64,000 nt of DNA from a bacterium (GTDB lineage Bacteria > Patescibacteriota > Patescibacteriia > Patescibacteriales > JAKAJF01): assembly GCA_021788015.1 (NCBI GenBank), contig JAJYLD010000001.1, positions 81,581 to 145,580 on the forward strand, read 5' to 3'. Numbering within the stretch: the first letter of the stretch is position 1; each line of letters starts with the position of its first letter. The notes beneath the pieces are model-generated. The model was not told where the DNA came from and did no database searches. It saw nothing but the letters and a program-made list of their open reading frames with translations. Both the position numbers and the translations under genes were made by a program. Shown here one piece after another: positions 52,294 through 60,610 of this stretch.

Positions 52294-53418
52294 ATGGAAG
52301 AAATAAAAACAATCAGAAATCTTAAGGACGAGCAGTCTTATCGCGACCGCTACGATCATTTTGTTGTGGATGAATGCCGGGGCATGGAACGCAGGTTTCT
52401 GGAAGGCGAAAAGAAAACCGACTCCGAAGAGGAGAAACGTGCTCGCCGGGTCTCTTTGTATCTAAGCTTGTATTTTCTTAAGGGCGAAATGTTCTCCGGC
52501 CGGTCTGAAAAGATCCGGGAATGGATGAATAGTGACTCTGAAAAAGATAATCGATTGGACCGGGCGAATCCTCGCCATGACATATTCTGCCTCAATTGCC
52601 AGTCACCGATGGCTTGCACGATGAAATTTATGTCCGGACCGGATGATGACCGGGTTTTGTTTCTATTCCGTTGTCCCGAATGCGGAAAAGGACGGGGATT
52701 TTATGATAACGGTGAAGAATACCGACCCACGCCCCACAAATGCGCCAAGTGCGGAGAAGTAGTCTTGTCGGTTGATACGCGCGAAGGTGATAAGGTTACG
52801 AGTATCTACGATTGTACCCGTTGCGGTTTTAAAGAGACAAGCGTTTTGGAATTGGGTGGTAACACGGAAGATAGGGATAAGCAGTTTATCGCCGATCGGG
52901 AGAGATTCTGCTTGTCGGAAGCGGCCGGCATGGAGTTTATAAGCTTCAAAGCCAAATTCGAGCATTTGAAAAATGTTATCGCTGAGCATGAAGAGAAGAA
53001 AAAACAAAAAGACCTTTATGATGAAGTGGCAAAGATTGAAAAGTTGAATGTTGCCGATCTGGAGAAGCACCTGGGCCCGGCATTAGAAAAAGAAGGATTT
53101 ATAAAGCTCGATCTGGGCAAACCTGAACTGATGAAAGGTGTGGTCATTAATTTCACCGTGCAGGACAGTAGATCAGGCGTTCATGAGCACGACCGTAAAT
53201 CCGCCCTCCGGAAGACAATCGGCGAAGCTTTATCCAATACCAATTGGAGAATGGCCGAGGATACGCTTACGTACAGTCTCGGCATTCTTTCCGGACGATT
53301 GCGAGGCCTCGAAAGCGAAGAAGACATTGTCGAGCTGGTCAAATCACGTCTTAGGAAAATGGAGAAAAAGCTAGCCGATAAAGATTCGCAAAAAGCTAAT
53401 CTTGATCAATCAGTTTGA
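52294..53418 (+). CDS. multi-zinc-ribbon protein, hypothetical
   Basis: Four Cys pairs: CLNC, CPEC, CAKC, CTRC; start trimmed to MEEIKTI. Confidence 0.6.
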   Translation: MEEIKTIRNLKDEQSYRDRYDHFVVDECRGMERRFLEGEKKTDSEEEKRARRVSLYLSLYFLKGEMFSGRSEKIREWMNSDSEKDNRLDRANPRHDIFCLNCQSPMACTMKFMSGPDDDRVLFLFRCPECGKGRGFYDNGEEYRPTPHKCAKCGEVVLSVDTREGDKVTSIYDCTRCGFKETSVLELGGNTEDRDKQFIADRERFCLSEAAGMEFISFKAKFEHLKNVIAEHEEKKKQKDLYDEVAKIEKLNVADLEKHLGPALEKEGFIKLDLGKPELMKGVVINFTVQDSRSGVHEHDRKSALRKTIGEALSNTNWRMAEDTLTYSLGILSGRLRGLESEEDIVELVKSRLRKMEKKLADKDSQKANLDQSV

Positions 53419-53707
53419 ATTGCTTCATTTCCTCGATTGCTGTTTCCATATCTCCGAGAACTTTTTGATATATAGCTTTGGTCTTGTCTGATTTTGGATT
53501 TGCTTCGGCAAATTGGATATCGTCATCGTCCACGAAGCCGGCTAGGGAGATATAAGCGCCGGCAAGAAGTCTGATCCTGTCTTTAATTGCTTGTTTAATT
53601 TTGGCTTTAGGTTCCGGAAGCGAGGATAGCGGATTCATCGATCCGCGCTGATGTGGTAATCGTAGATTTTTTGCGTCCCGGAGGACGGCTTCGATGTCCT
53701 CGTTCAT
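53396..53707 (-). CDS. hypothetical protein
   Basis: 103 aa from MNEDIEAV; convergent with, and overlapping by 23 nt, the zinc-ribbon gene. Confidence 0.5.
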   Translation of the reverse strand: MNEDIEAVLRDAKNLRLPHQRGSMNPLSSLPEPKAKIKQAIKDRIRLLAGAYISLAGFVDDDDIQFAEANPKSDKTKAIYQKVLGDMETAIEEMKQFKLIDQD

Positions 53708-53834
53708 AGACAAGCAAGAACATACGCTTGCCCTCGGCACAAGTCCAGTTATTTACCTTGCCAGCCGGTAAATAAAATCAAAAGCTTTAATTTGTCTGGA
53801 GTTTTGGTGAGTTTATTTTCTATGAGAGTCATAA

Positions 53835-53851
53835 TTGCTTAACTTAAGCAA
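53835..53851. promoter_or_regulatory. perfect 8+1+8 palindrome (operator-like)
   Basis: ttgcttaa-c-ttaagcaa about 130 nt upstream of the minus-strand gene starting at 53707. Confidence 0.45.
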
Positions 53852-54129
53852 ATCGTTTTAGGCTCTCAATTTTGGTCAAACCGGTGGGCTATGGTCGAGG
53901 ATGGTATCAAACGTCTACTGTCGATACAACTCTCGCCCCAGGGGCAAACACGGGGCAGAAATCGGTGGGTTAAGTTCTGGTCCGGTTAGTTCCATTCACA
54001 AACTCGGAAAAATCGGCTAAACTGTGATTATCTGGTAGCAAGCAGTGCTTCGTGAGCGATCTTGAGTTGATTCCATTCGGCCAATTCTCGCAATATTTCG
54101 TTCCATTGGTTGCGTATCAAGTCCACAAC

Positions 54130-54906
54130 ATGGAAAAAGAATTAAATTTCGCAATCGATTTAGCAAAAAAAGCCGGAGAGATAATCAAGGCTAATTTTGT
54201 TTTTGGCATGAAAAAGGAATGGAAAAAAGATAACTCGCCCGTGACTGAGACCGATTTAAAAATAAATCAACTTGTCATCGATTCCGTAAAAAAAGAATTT
54301 CCGGATCATAAAATTTTGGCCGAAGAGGGGAGCGATATGTCGGGAAACGGCGACTACGTTTGGGTTTGCGATCCGGTTGACGGGACGATTCCGTTTTCGC
54401 ACGGCGTGCCGACTTGCGTTTTTTCTTTGGCCCTGGTTAAAAATGGCGAAAGTATCTTAGGCGTTGTTTACGATCCGTTTATGGATAGGATGTATTCCGC
54501 TGTAAAAGGCCAAGGCGCTTTTTTGAACGGAGATAAAATTTCGGTTTCAAAAGCGAACACAATCAAAAACACGATTGTCGGTTTAACTTTCTGGAAAGAA
54601 GCGCCTTTCCAGTTTTATGAATCCGAAAAAATTCTAAAAGAAAACAGTGTAAAATTGATTAACGTCCTTTCCGTTATTTACATGAGCATGATGGTGGCCA
54701 GCGGAGAATTCAGTACGGTAGTCTTTCCCGGGAATGCCGCCCATGACGCGGCAACAGTAAAAATAATCGTGGAGGAGGCGGGCGGAAAAGTTACGGATCT
54801 TTTTGGGAATGAACAAAGATATGATCGGGAAACAAAAGGCTTTCTCGCCACGAACGGAATTTTACATGACGAGTTTCTAAGAATTATCAAGGAAAGCATG
54901 AAATAA
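54130..54906 (+). CDS. inositol monophosphatase family protein
   Basis: WVCDPVDGT and AEEG.. motifs; start trimmed to MEKELNF. Confidence 0.85.
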   Translation: MEKELNFAIDLAKKAGEIIKANFVFGMKKEWKKDNSPVTETDLKINQLVIDSVKKEFPDHKILAEEGSDMSGNGDYVWVCDPVDGTIPFSHGVPTCVFSLALVKNGESILGVVYDPFMDRMYSAVKGQGAFLNGDKISVSKANTIKNTIVGLTFWKEAPFQFYESEKILKENSVKLINVLSVIYMSMMVASGEFSTVVFPGNAAHDAATVKIIVEEAGGKVTDLFGNEQRYDRETKGFLATNGILHDEFLRIIKESMK

Positions 54907-54927
54907 AAAAAACGGGCTTGATTCCGT

Positions 54928-55161
54928 TTATCTTGCGGGGTATACTAATTCGTTCTCTTCCATACGGAAGGTTGCGCCGCGTTTTACCGCATTGTGTGCG
55001 TGCTTATGTAACTCCTCCTTTAATATCTCCCCCGCAAGATATCTTTCTAAAATGTCAAAAGGTAAAAGAGGCTCTTTAAGGCGCGAGCATAGAATGAATT
55101 GTCCCCCTTCCACTTTTATAAAAAGTTTTCCTGGCTCTATTTTTTTAAAAGGTACTTCCAT
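54928..55161 (-). CDS. hypothetical protein
   Basis: 77 aa from MEVPFKK; GGAGGTG RBS. Confidence 0.5.
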   Translation of the reverse strand: MEVPFKKIEPGKLFIKVEGGQFILCSRLKEPLLPFDILERYLAGEILKEELHKHAHNAVKRGATFRMEENELVYPAR

Positions 55162-55216
55162 TTTTACACCTCCGATCTTTTTCTTTAATTTTAAAATAAA
55201 GTTTACAATTGTCAAC

Positions 55217-55558
55217 ATGCCAAAAAAGTTTCAGCGTAAAATTGAGAATTTTGTTTGCGAGCGCTGCGGATATGAAGTGAGCGGCAACGGCTATACGAAT
55301 CATTGTCCGAAATGCCTTTGGTCAAAGCATGTCGATATAAATCCGGGCGATCGTGCTTCGAAATGCAAAGGATTGATGGAACCGATCGGATTGGAAATGA
55401 AAAACGGGGAATATGTTTTAATTCATAAATGCGTGAAATGCGGACATGTGAAAAAGAATAAAAAAACGGAAAAGGATGATATGGAGGAGATTTTAAAGAC
55501 GCTTCGCCGGGAGTTACTTTCTTGCCCTCCAAAGGCGGGTAAATATCCAAGAAAGTAA
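55217..55558 (+). CDS. RNHCP domain protein
   Basis: CERCG...YTNHCPKCLWSKHVD...CVKCGH; the last ~19 codons lie in the dispersed repeat. Confidence 0.75.
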   Translation: MPKKFQRKIENFVCERCGYEVSGNGYTNHCPKCLWSKHVDINPGDRASKCKGLMEPIGLEMKNGEYVLIHKCVKCGHVKKNKKTEKDDMEEILKTLRRELLSCPPKAGKYPRK

Positions 55559-55662
55559 CCAACCTGCCCGCAATGCTTCGCATAGCGATGCGGGCGGGGA
55601 AGTTTCGGGGACTCCAATTTCCCGACACCTGTCGGGACTCAATTCCGCCCCCAGACCCCGTG
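55500..55662. repeat. dispersed modular repeat, copy 2
   Basis: Same four blocks as 31018-31146 plus extra hairpins gcccgca...tgcgggc and cccgaca-cc-tgtcggg. Confidence 0.75.
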
Positions 55663-55700
55663 GTGTTTCTAATGTCTAAATTTTGTTATAATTTTTAGTT

Positions 55701-56513
55701 ATGTTAGGATTTTTTGATTCGGGCCTGGGAGGGCTGACAATTTTAAAAGAGGTGGAAAAAATAATGCCGGAATATTCGTATGTTTATTTGGGCGATAATG
55801 CTCGTGCGCCTTACGGTCCGCATGGCGAAGAAATGATTTATAATTTCACGAAAGAGGGCGTTGCGGAATTATTCGGAAGGGGAACGGAGCTTGTTGTCCT
55901 GGCCTGTAATACTTCTTCGGCCGTCGCTTTAAAAAAAATTCAACAAGAATTTTTGCCGAAAGAATTTCCCGATAAGCGCGTACTCGGAATAATCATTCCG
56001 ACTGCCGAAGAGATCGGTAATACTTCTTCGGCCGAAGAAATTGGTGTTTTGGGCACGGAAGCGACGATCAATTCAAAAGTTTACGAAAAAGAAATTGAAA
56101 AGCATTTTCCGGAATTAAAAATTCATGGCCAATCCTGCCCGCTTTTGGTTCCGATAATTGAAGCGGGAGAAACGGAATGGGAAGGTCTGGAATCGGCTAC
56201 GAAAAAATATCTAGTAGAGCTTTTTAAAAAAAGCGAAAAAGTAGATTCAATAATTTTGGGGTGCACGCATTATGGCATTATTGAAGATTTGATTGCGAAA
56301 AACATTCCCGCAAATGTCAAAATAATTTCACAGGGTAAGATTATAGCTGAAAAATTAAAGAATTATTTGAGCAGGCATCCCGAAATCGACGGGAAAATCG
56401 AAAAGAACGGAAAGAGAATTTTTTTGACCACGGAAAATTCGGATAGAATTTCCAAATTGGCGGGCTTATTTTTGGGCAAGGCGGTAAATTTTGAGAAGAC
56501 CCGACTCGATTGA
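55701..56513 (+). CDS. murI: glutamate racemase
   Basis: GFFDSGLGGLT, VLACNTSS, ILGCTHY catalytic Cys motifs. Confidence 0.92.
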   Translation: MLGFFDSGLGGLTILKEVEKIMPEYSYVYLGDNARAPYGPHGEEMIYNFTKEGVAELFGRGTELVVLACNTSSAVALKKIQQEFLPKEFPDKRVLGIIIPTAEEIGNTSSAEEIGVLGTEATINSKVYEKEIEKHFPELKIHGQSCPLLVPIIEAGETEWEGLESATKKYLVELFKKSEKVDSIILGCTHYGIIEDLIAKNIPANVKIISQGKIIAEKLKNYLSRHPEIDGKIEKNGKRIFLTTENSDRISKLAGLFLGKAVNFEKTRLD

Positions 56514-56527
56514 TTGCGAATCGCGAA
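56514..56527. repeat. heptamer pair ttgcgaa-tcgcgaa after murI
   Basis: gcgaatcgcgaatat is identical to the tract after the SEDS gene (17205-17221). Confidence 0.8.
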
Positions 56528-56632
56528 TATTTTACCAACTTTGATAAACTTGTGGATTTGTAAATTAACTTAACAAATTCTTTTTTTTGTGGTAAATTGA
56601 AATCAGGCCTAGAAGAGAGGCTTATTTTTAAT

Positions 56633-56703
56633 CGGGCTGTGGTATAACGGTATTACGCACGCTTCGGGTGCGTGTAATCCGGGTTCAATTCCCGGCAGCC
56701 CGA
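56633..56703 (+). tRNA. tRNA-Pro (anticodon CGG), CCA not encoded
   Basis: Acceptor CGGGCTG/CAGCCCG, anticodon stem CACGC/GCGTG, loop TTCGGGT, T-arm CCGGG-TTCAATT-CCCGG, discriminator A. Confidence 0.85.
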
Positions 56704-56740
56704 CATCTTCCTCTTTCCGACTGCAGTCGGTAGTAATAAA

Positions 56741-58873
56741 ATGAATTTTTTTAATTCGATTTACATAGCCATTCAACATTCGTCCGTATTCGGATATTTG
56801 CTTTTTGCTTCGGTTTTTTTTCTCGAATCGTTGGCTTTTATCGGACTTCTGATTCCCGGCACCGTTTTCTTGATGATTGCCGGATTTTTGGTCGCTCGCA
56901 ATATTTTCGACCCCGAGATAATTATTCCACTCGCTCTTTTTTCGACTCTGCTCGGCGACCTGATAAGTTTTTATTGGGGTACCAAAGGAAAAGATTATTT
57001 CAAATTTGAAAATAAATTATTAAAAACGTCATATCTCGAAAAAGGAGAGAAATTTTTCGACGCTCATGGAAATAAAAGCGTTTTTTTGGGAAGATTCATC
57101 GGACCGATTCGGCCGCTAACTTCGTTTATCGCCGGACTGTGCCGAATGAAAAAAATAAAATTTTACATTTTAAATTTTTTAAGCGCCGTTTTTTGGGTCG
57201 GAATTTACTTTGTTTTGGGATATTTCTTCGGTCAAGCTTTCCGGGTCATCGAATTGTGGTCCAACAGGCTCGGGCTTTTTCTTTTCGGACTTTTTATTTT
57301 TTTCATCCTGGTTTATTTGTTGAAAATTTTTGTTATCAAAGAAAGCAAATACGTCTTTTCCTTCCTTAAATCAATTTTTGAATCGATAAAAGAAGCGTTA
57401 TTTGAAAATGAAGACGTTAAAAAACTGATCGAAAAGTATCCGAGAATTTTCAGATTTATTAAAAAAAGATTAAATTATAAAATATTCACCGGTTTTCCTT
57501 TAACATTGCTCGCTGTCGTTTTCATTTATTTCATTTTTTCATTTTTGGCCGTACTGAGAAACGTATTAACTTCCGGAGTTATAGTGGATATCGATTTGAG
57601 GGTCCTGAATTTGCTCGAAATTTTTCGCCATCCCTTGCTAACCAGAGCCTTTCTTTGGATAACTGTTTTGGGCAAGGGCAGTCTTATCGCGATTTTTACC
57701 GTTTTGTTTTCCATTCTTCTTTTGGCGTGGAAAAAAAGATATTATCTGATTTCTTTGTGGGTGGCTGTCGTAAGCAGCGCGATTTTTGAACTTTTGCTAA
57801 AAATGATTATTAAAAGACCGAGGCCGGAAGACGCGGTTTACATCGAAAAAGGTTTTTCTTTTCCAAGCGGTCATGCCGCTTTGTCCACGGCTTTGTACGG
57901 TTTTTTGATTTATTTTTTCTGGCGTAATCTCAAAAGATGGAAGACAAAAATCAATATTTTATTTTTTAATATATCGTTAATCATAATCGTTTCCTTAAGC
58001 AGACTGTATTTGGGCGTTCATTATTTCAGCGATGTTTGGGCCGGTTTTCTTTTGGGCGCTTCGGGATTGATTCTCGGTATCACTATCGGAGAATGGCTTG
58101 CTTTCAAATTTGAATATAAAAAAGAAAAAATTTCGATAAATTCAAAAATGAAAATCATTTCAGTCGCCGTCATTTTGTTGGCCGTCGGTTCGTATTTTTT
58201 TTCCGCCCGCAGTTTCAAGCCTCTTTTAAAGGACGAAGAACCGCGGAATCCGATCGTAATAAACTCTCCATACGACCTTTTAAATTCAACAAGTTTTCCT
58301 AGATACACCGAAACTTTAACGGGAACGAGACAAGAGCCTTTAAGTTTTGTAATTATCGCCGACAATCAGGAAGAAATAATCAACATGTTTGAAAAAGCCC
58401 ATTGGCATTTGGCCGACCAGATCGATTTTCATTCTTTGGGGAAAATGGTTAAAGCCTTGGGAGAAAAGAAAGGTTATGAAGACGCGCCGATGACGCCTTC
58501 GTTTTGGAATACCGAGGTTCATACTTTGGGTTTTGAAAAACTTGTCAATTCAAACAGTATCAAAAAAAGGCATCATATAAGATTATGGGATACGGGTTAC
58601 GTTTTGAAAAACGGCAAAGTCATTTACGTCGGTTCGGCAAGCTTTGATGTCGGTTTGAAATGGGGATTAAGTTTTATGGAATTGGGGTTAACGCATAAAA
58701 TCAGTCCCGATGTCGATACGGAAAGAGAACTTGTTTTTGGCGATTTATCGAAAACGGGATTGATTCGGAGCGCGAAAGAAGAACAATTCGTTCCGCCAAC
58801 TTTGGGACAAAATTTTACCGGAGACCAATTTTTTACGGACGGGAAAATTTATATTATCACGGTTAAGCAATAA
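56741..58873 (+). CDS. DedA(VTT)-PAP2 phosphatase-LssY_C-like fusion membrane protein
   Basis: N-terminal DedA pattern (FLESLAFIGLLIPG...GRFIGPIRP), PAP2 motifs KRPRP...PSGH...SRLYLGVHYFSD, soluble C-terminal domain. Confidence 0.8.
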   Translation: MNFFNSIYIAIQHSSVFGYLLFASVFFLESLAFIGLLIPGTVFLMIAGFLVARNIFDPEIIIPLALFSTLLGDLISFYWGTKGKDYFKFENKLLKTSYLEKGEKFFDAHGNKSVFLGRFIGPIRPLTSFIAGLCRMKKIKFYILNFLSAVFWVGIYFVLGYFFGQAFRVIELWSNRLGLFLFGLFIFFILVYLLKIFVIKESKYVFSFLKSIFESIKEALFENEDVKKLIEKYPRIFRFIKKRLNYKIFTGFPLTLLAVVFIYFIFSFLAVLRNVLTSGVIVDIDLRVLNLLEIFRHPLLTRAFLWITVLGKGSLIAIFTVLFSILLLAWKKRYYLISLWVAVVSSAIFELLLKMIIKRPRPEDAVYIEKGFSFPSGHAALSTALYGFLIYFFWRNLKRWKTKINILFFNISLIIIVSLSRLYLGVHYFSDVWAGFLLGASGLILGITIGEWLAFKFEYKKEKISINSKMKIISVAVILLAVGSYFFSARSFKPLLKDEEPRNPIVINSPYDLLNSTSFPRYTETLTGTRQEPLSFVIIADNQEEIINMFEKAHWHLADQIDFHSLGKMVKALGEKKGYEDAPMTPSFWNTEVHTLGFEKLVNSNSIKKRHHIRLWDTGYVLKNGKVIYVGSASFDVGLKWGLSFMELGLTHKISPDVDTERELVFGDLSKTGLIRSAKEEQFVPPTLGQNFTGDQFFTDGKIYIITVKQ

Positions 58874-59169
58874 TGATTGTTATGTCTTTTATTTTCAGGG
58901 AAAAAATAAAAAAAGAATTGGATAAAAAAAAAGAAATATATTTGCGCGTTAAAGCGAGGCCGGGCGCGAGCCGAACGGCCTTTTCGAGCGTTTCGAACGA
59001 TCCCGAAGGCGAAATTTTTAAAATTGACGTGGCCGCCCCGCCGGAGAAAGGAAAGGCGAATCAGGAGTTGATTAAATTTTTATCTCACGAACTTGGAGGA
59101 GAAGCGCTTATAATTTCTGGCCAGAGCAGTAAGTTGAAATTAGTAAAAATTAGAAATCCTAAATTCTAA
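58873..59169 (+). CDS. DUF167 (YggU-like) protein
   Basis: VKARPGASRTAF...IDVAAPPEKGKANQELIKFLS; start may be 58882. Confidence 0.7.
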   Translation: MIVMSFIFREKIKKELDKKKEIYLRVKARPGASRTAFSSVSNDPEGEIFKIDVAAPPEKGKANQELIKFLSHELGGEALIISGQSSKLKLVKIRNPKF

Positions 59170-59250
59170 ATCCTATATCTGAAACCTTTTCGAATTTTGG
59201 TTATTGAATTTTGAATTTATTTCGGATTTCGTGCTTCGGATTCCGAATTT
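59154..59250. repeat. heptamer tracts spanning the DUF167 stop and the intergenic region
   Basis: aaatcct-aaattct-aaatcct-atatctg; then gaatttt/gaattta and ttcggat/cttcgga units. Confidence 0.75.
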
Positions 59251-59297
59251 CAAAACTTTTTTATTTATATTTTTGTTTTGATTTTTTAATTTTATTT

Positions 59298-60038
59298 ATG
59301 TTCAAAGATAAAAATATCCCAAAACACGTCGGCATCATAATGGACGGAAACAGAAGATGGGCCATGGAAAGAAATTTACTAACTTTCGAAGGTCATCTCA
59401 AAGGTTATCAGAAAATGAGAGAATCCAAAGAATGGTTTTTTGCGAGAGGAGTGGAAATTATTTCCTATTTCGCTTTCTCGACGGAAAATTGGAATCGCTC
59501 TCGCGAGGAAGTAAATTATCTCATGAAGCTTCTCGAAGAGGCCTTGCAAAAAGAAGGCGAGGAAGCGGTCGAGAAGGGCTATAAGGTTTTAATAAGCGGC
59601 CGAATCGATGAATTACCCGGGGATTTGCCGGAATTATGTTACGATGCCATGAATAAAACCAAACCGGGTCGAAACGGAACCATAAATATCTGTTTAAATT
59701 ATGGCGGCCGCGCGGAAATCGTCGATGCAGTTAAAAAAATATTCAAAAATAACATAGAATTGGAGCAGATTCACGAGGGCATGATCAGAAAGCATCTTTA
59801 CAACGGCGATCTGTCCGATCCGGATATAATCGTTCGCACATCGGGAGAAGAGCGGATTTCCGGTTTTCTTCTTTGGGAATCATCTTACGCGGAATTGATG
59901 TTTATGAAAAAATTTTGGCCGGAATTCGAGGAGCATGACGTGAATTTGATTTTGGAAGAATACGGAAGAAGGAAGAGAAGATTCGGCGGAGACTGGAAAA
60001 CGGAAATCGGTATTGAGAAGGCGGAAACAAGAAGTTAA
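59298..60038 (+). CDS. uppS: isoprenyl (undecaprenyl) diphosphate synthase
   Basis: PKHVGIIMDGNRRWA, FSTENWNRS, IRTSGEERISGFLLW. Confidence 0.92.
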   Translation: MFKDKNIPKHVGIIMDGNRRWAMERNLLTFEGHLKGYQKMRESKEWFFARGVEIISYFAFSTENWNRSREEVNYLMKLLEEALQKEGEEAVEKGYKVLISGRIDELPGDLPELCYDAMNKTKPGRNGTINICLNYGGRAEIVDAVKKIFKNNIELEQIHEGMIRKHLYNGDLSDPDIIVRTSGEERISGFLLWESSYAELMFMKKFWPEFEEHDVNLILEEYGRRKRRFGGDWKTEIGIEKAETRS

Positions 60039-60058
60039 AATTTTGAAAATAAAAAAAA

Positions 60059-60089
60059 GAAGCCCGATTAAATTTTTCGGGCTTTTTTA
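60059..60089. terminator. bidirectional terminator
   Basis: A-run, agcccga-loop-tcgggct, T-run between convergent genes. Confidence 0.8.
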
Positions 60090-60502
60090 AAATTTTTGCG
60101 AAGACAATCCATGGCCGCTTTGTGGTTCGCCGTTAATTCGGCAACCCTTTTTCGCTCCAGACTGTTAAGGGTTTCCCCTTTGGGAATACAGGGCGTGTTT
60201 CGCCCTTTTATTATCACCCATATGACCGTTTTTAATGAGATTTCGTCCAGTCTATTTATAGACCGCTCTTTTATGGGCCGATAATTCGGCGGCAGTTTGA
60301 CGCATTCCCCCAATCTTCCGGTATTTTCAACCATAACGGGGCTGACCGGCCCTCTTCTTCTCCCCTTGAGAAGAAGCAATCCGTTTTTTTGGATAGTCAT
60401 GACTACAAACTCCTTACCTTCGAATAAAACAATGCTGCCCTCGGAAATTTTTTTGTCGGCCTGCGCTTTTTTCCTTCTTCGCACGGTATCGGTCGGTTGC
60501 AT
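60068..60502 (-). CDS. hypothetical basic protein
   Basis: 144-aa ORF, no recognised motif. Confidence 0.5.
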   Translation of the reverse strand: MQPTDTVRRRKKAQADKKISEGSIVLFEGKEFVVMTIQKNGLLLLKGRRRGPVSPVMVENTGRLGECVKLPPNYRPIKERSINRLDEISLKTVIWVIIKGRNTPCIPKGETLNSLERKRVAELTANHKAAMDCLRKNFKKARKI

Positions 60503-60610
60503 CGTATCGATGAATCCTCCTTTATATGGTCATTAATTTGATAAATTAGCATAGAAAACAAATAAATGCAAACTCTTTAAATTTTACTGAAAATCAGGTA
60601 TAATTAGTTC

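Larger units (their letters stand above)
35309..53860. mobile_element. integrative element (about 18.6 kb) with large serine recombinase; right boundary approximate
   Basis: Accessory-only gene content between tRNA-Ala and an inositol monophosphatase gene; the recombinase abuts the tRNA; no structural phage or conjugation genes. Confidence 0.65.

Noticed and set aside
35309-53860. Complete prophage or conjugative element.
   Set aside because: No capsid, portal, large terminase, tail or lysis genes were recognised, and no relaxase or T4SS genes. Only recombinase, small DNA-binding proteins and defence-type cargo were recognised.
53741-54129. Direct repeat of the tRNA-Ala 3' end marking the right boundary of the island.
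   Set aside because: No copy of ggttcgattccgcctaggtccacca or a substantial part of it was found by eye. The weak resemblance of tggtccggttagttcc to the reverse complement of the tRNA end is about 10/20 matches and is not convincing. The boundary is therefore left approximate.
17206-59250. Short tandem repeats or the hsdS 12-mer repeat as CRISPR arrays.
   Set aside because: The units are 7-12 nt and directly adjacent with no spacers. No cas genes are present in the window.
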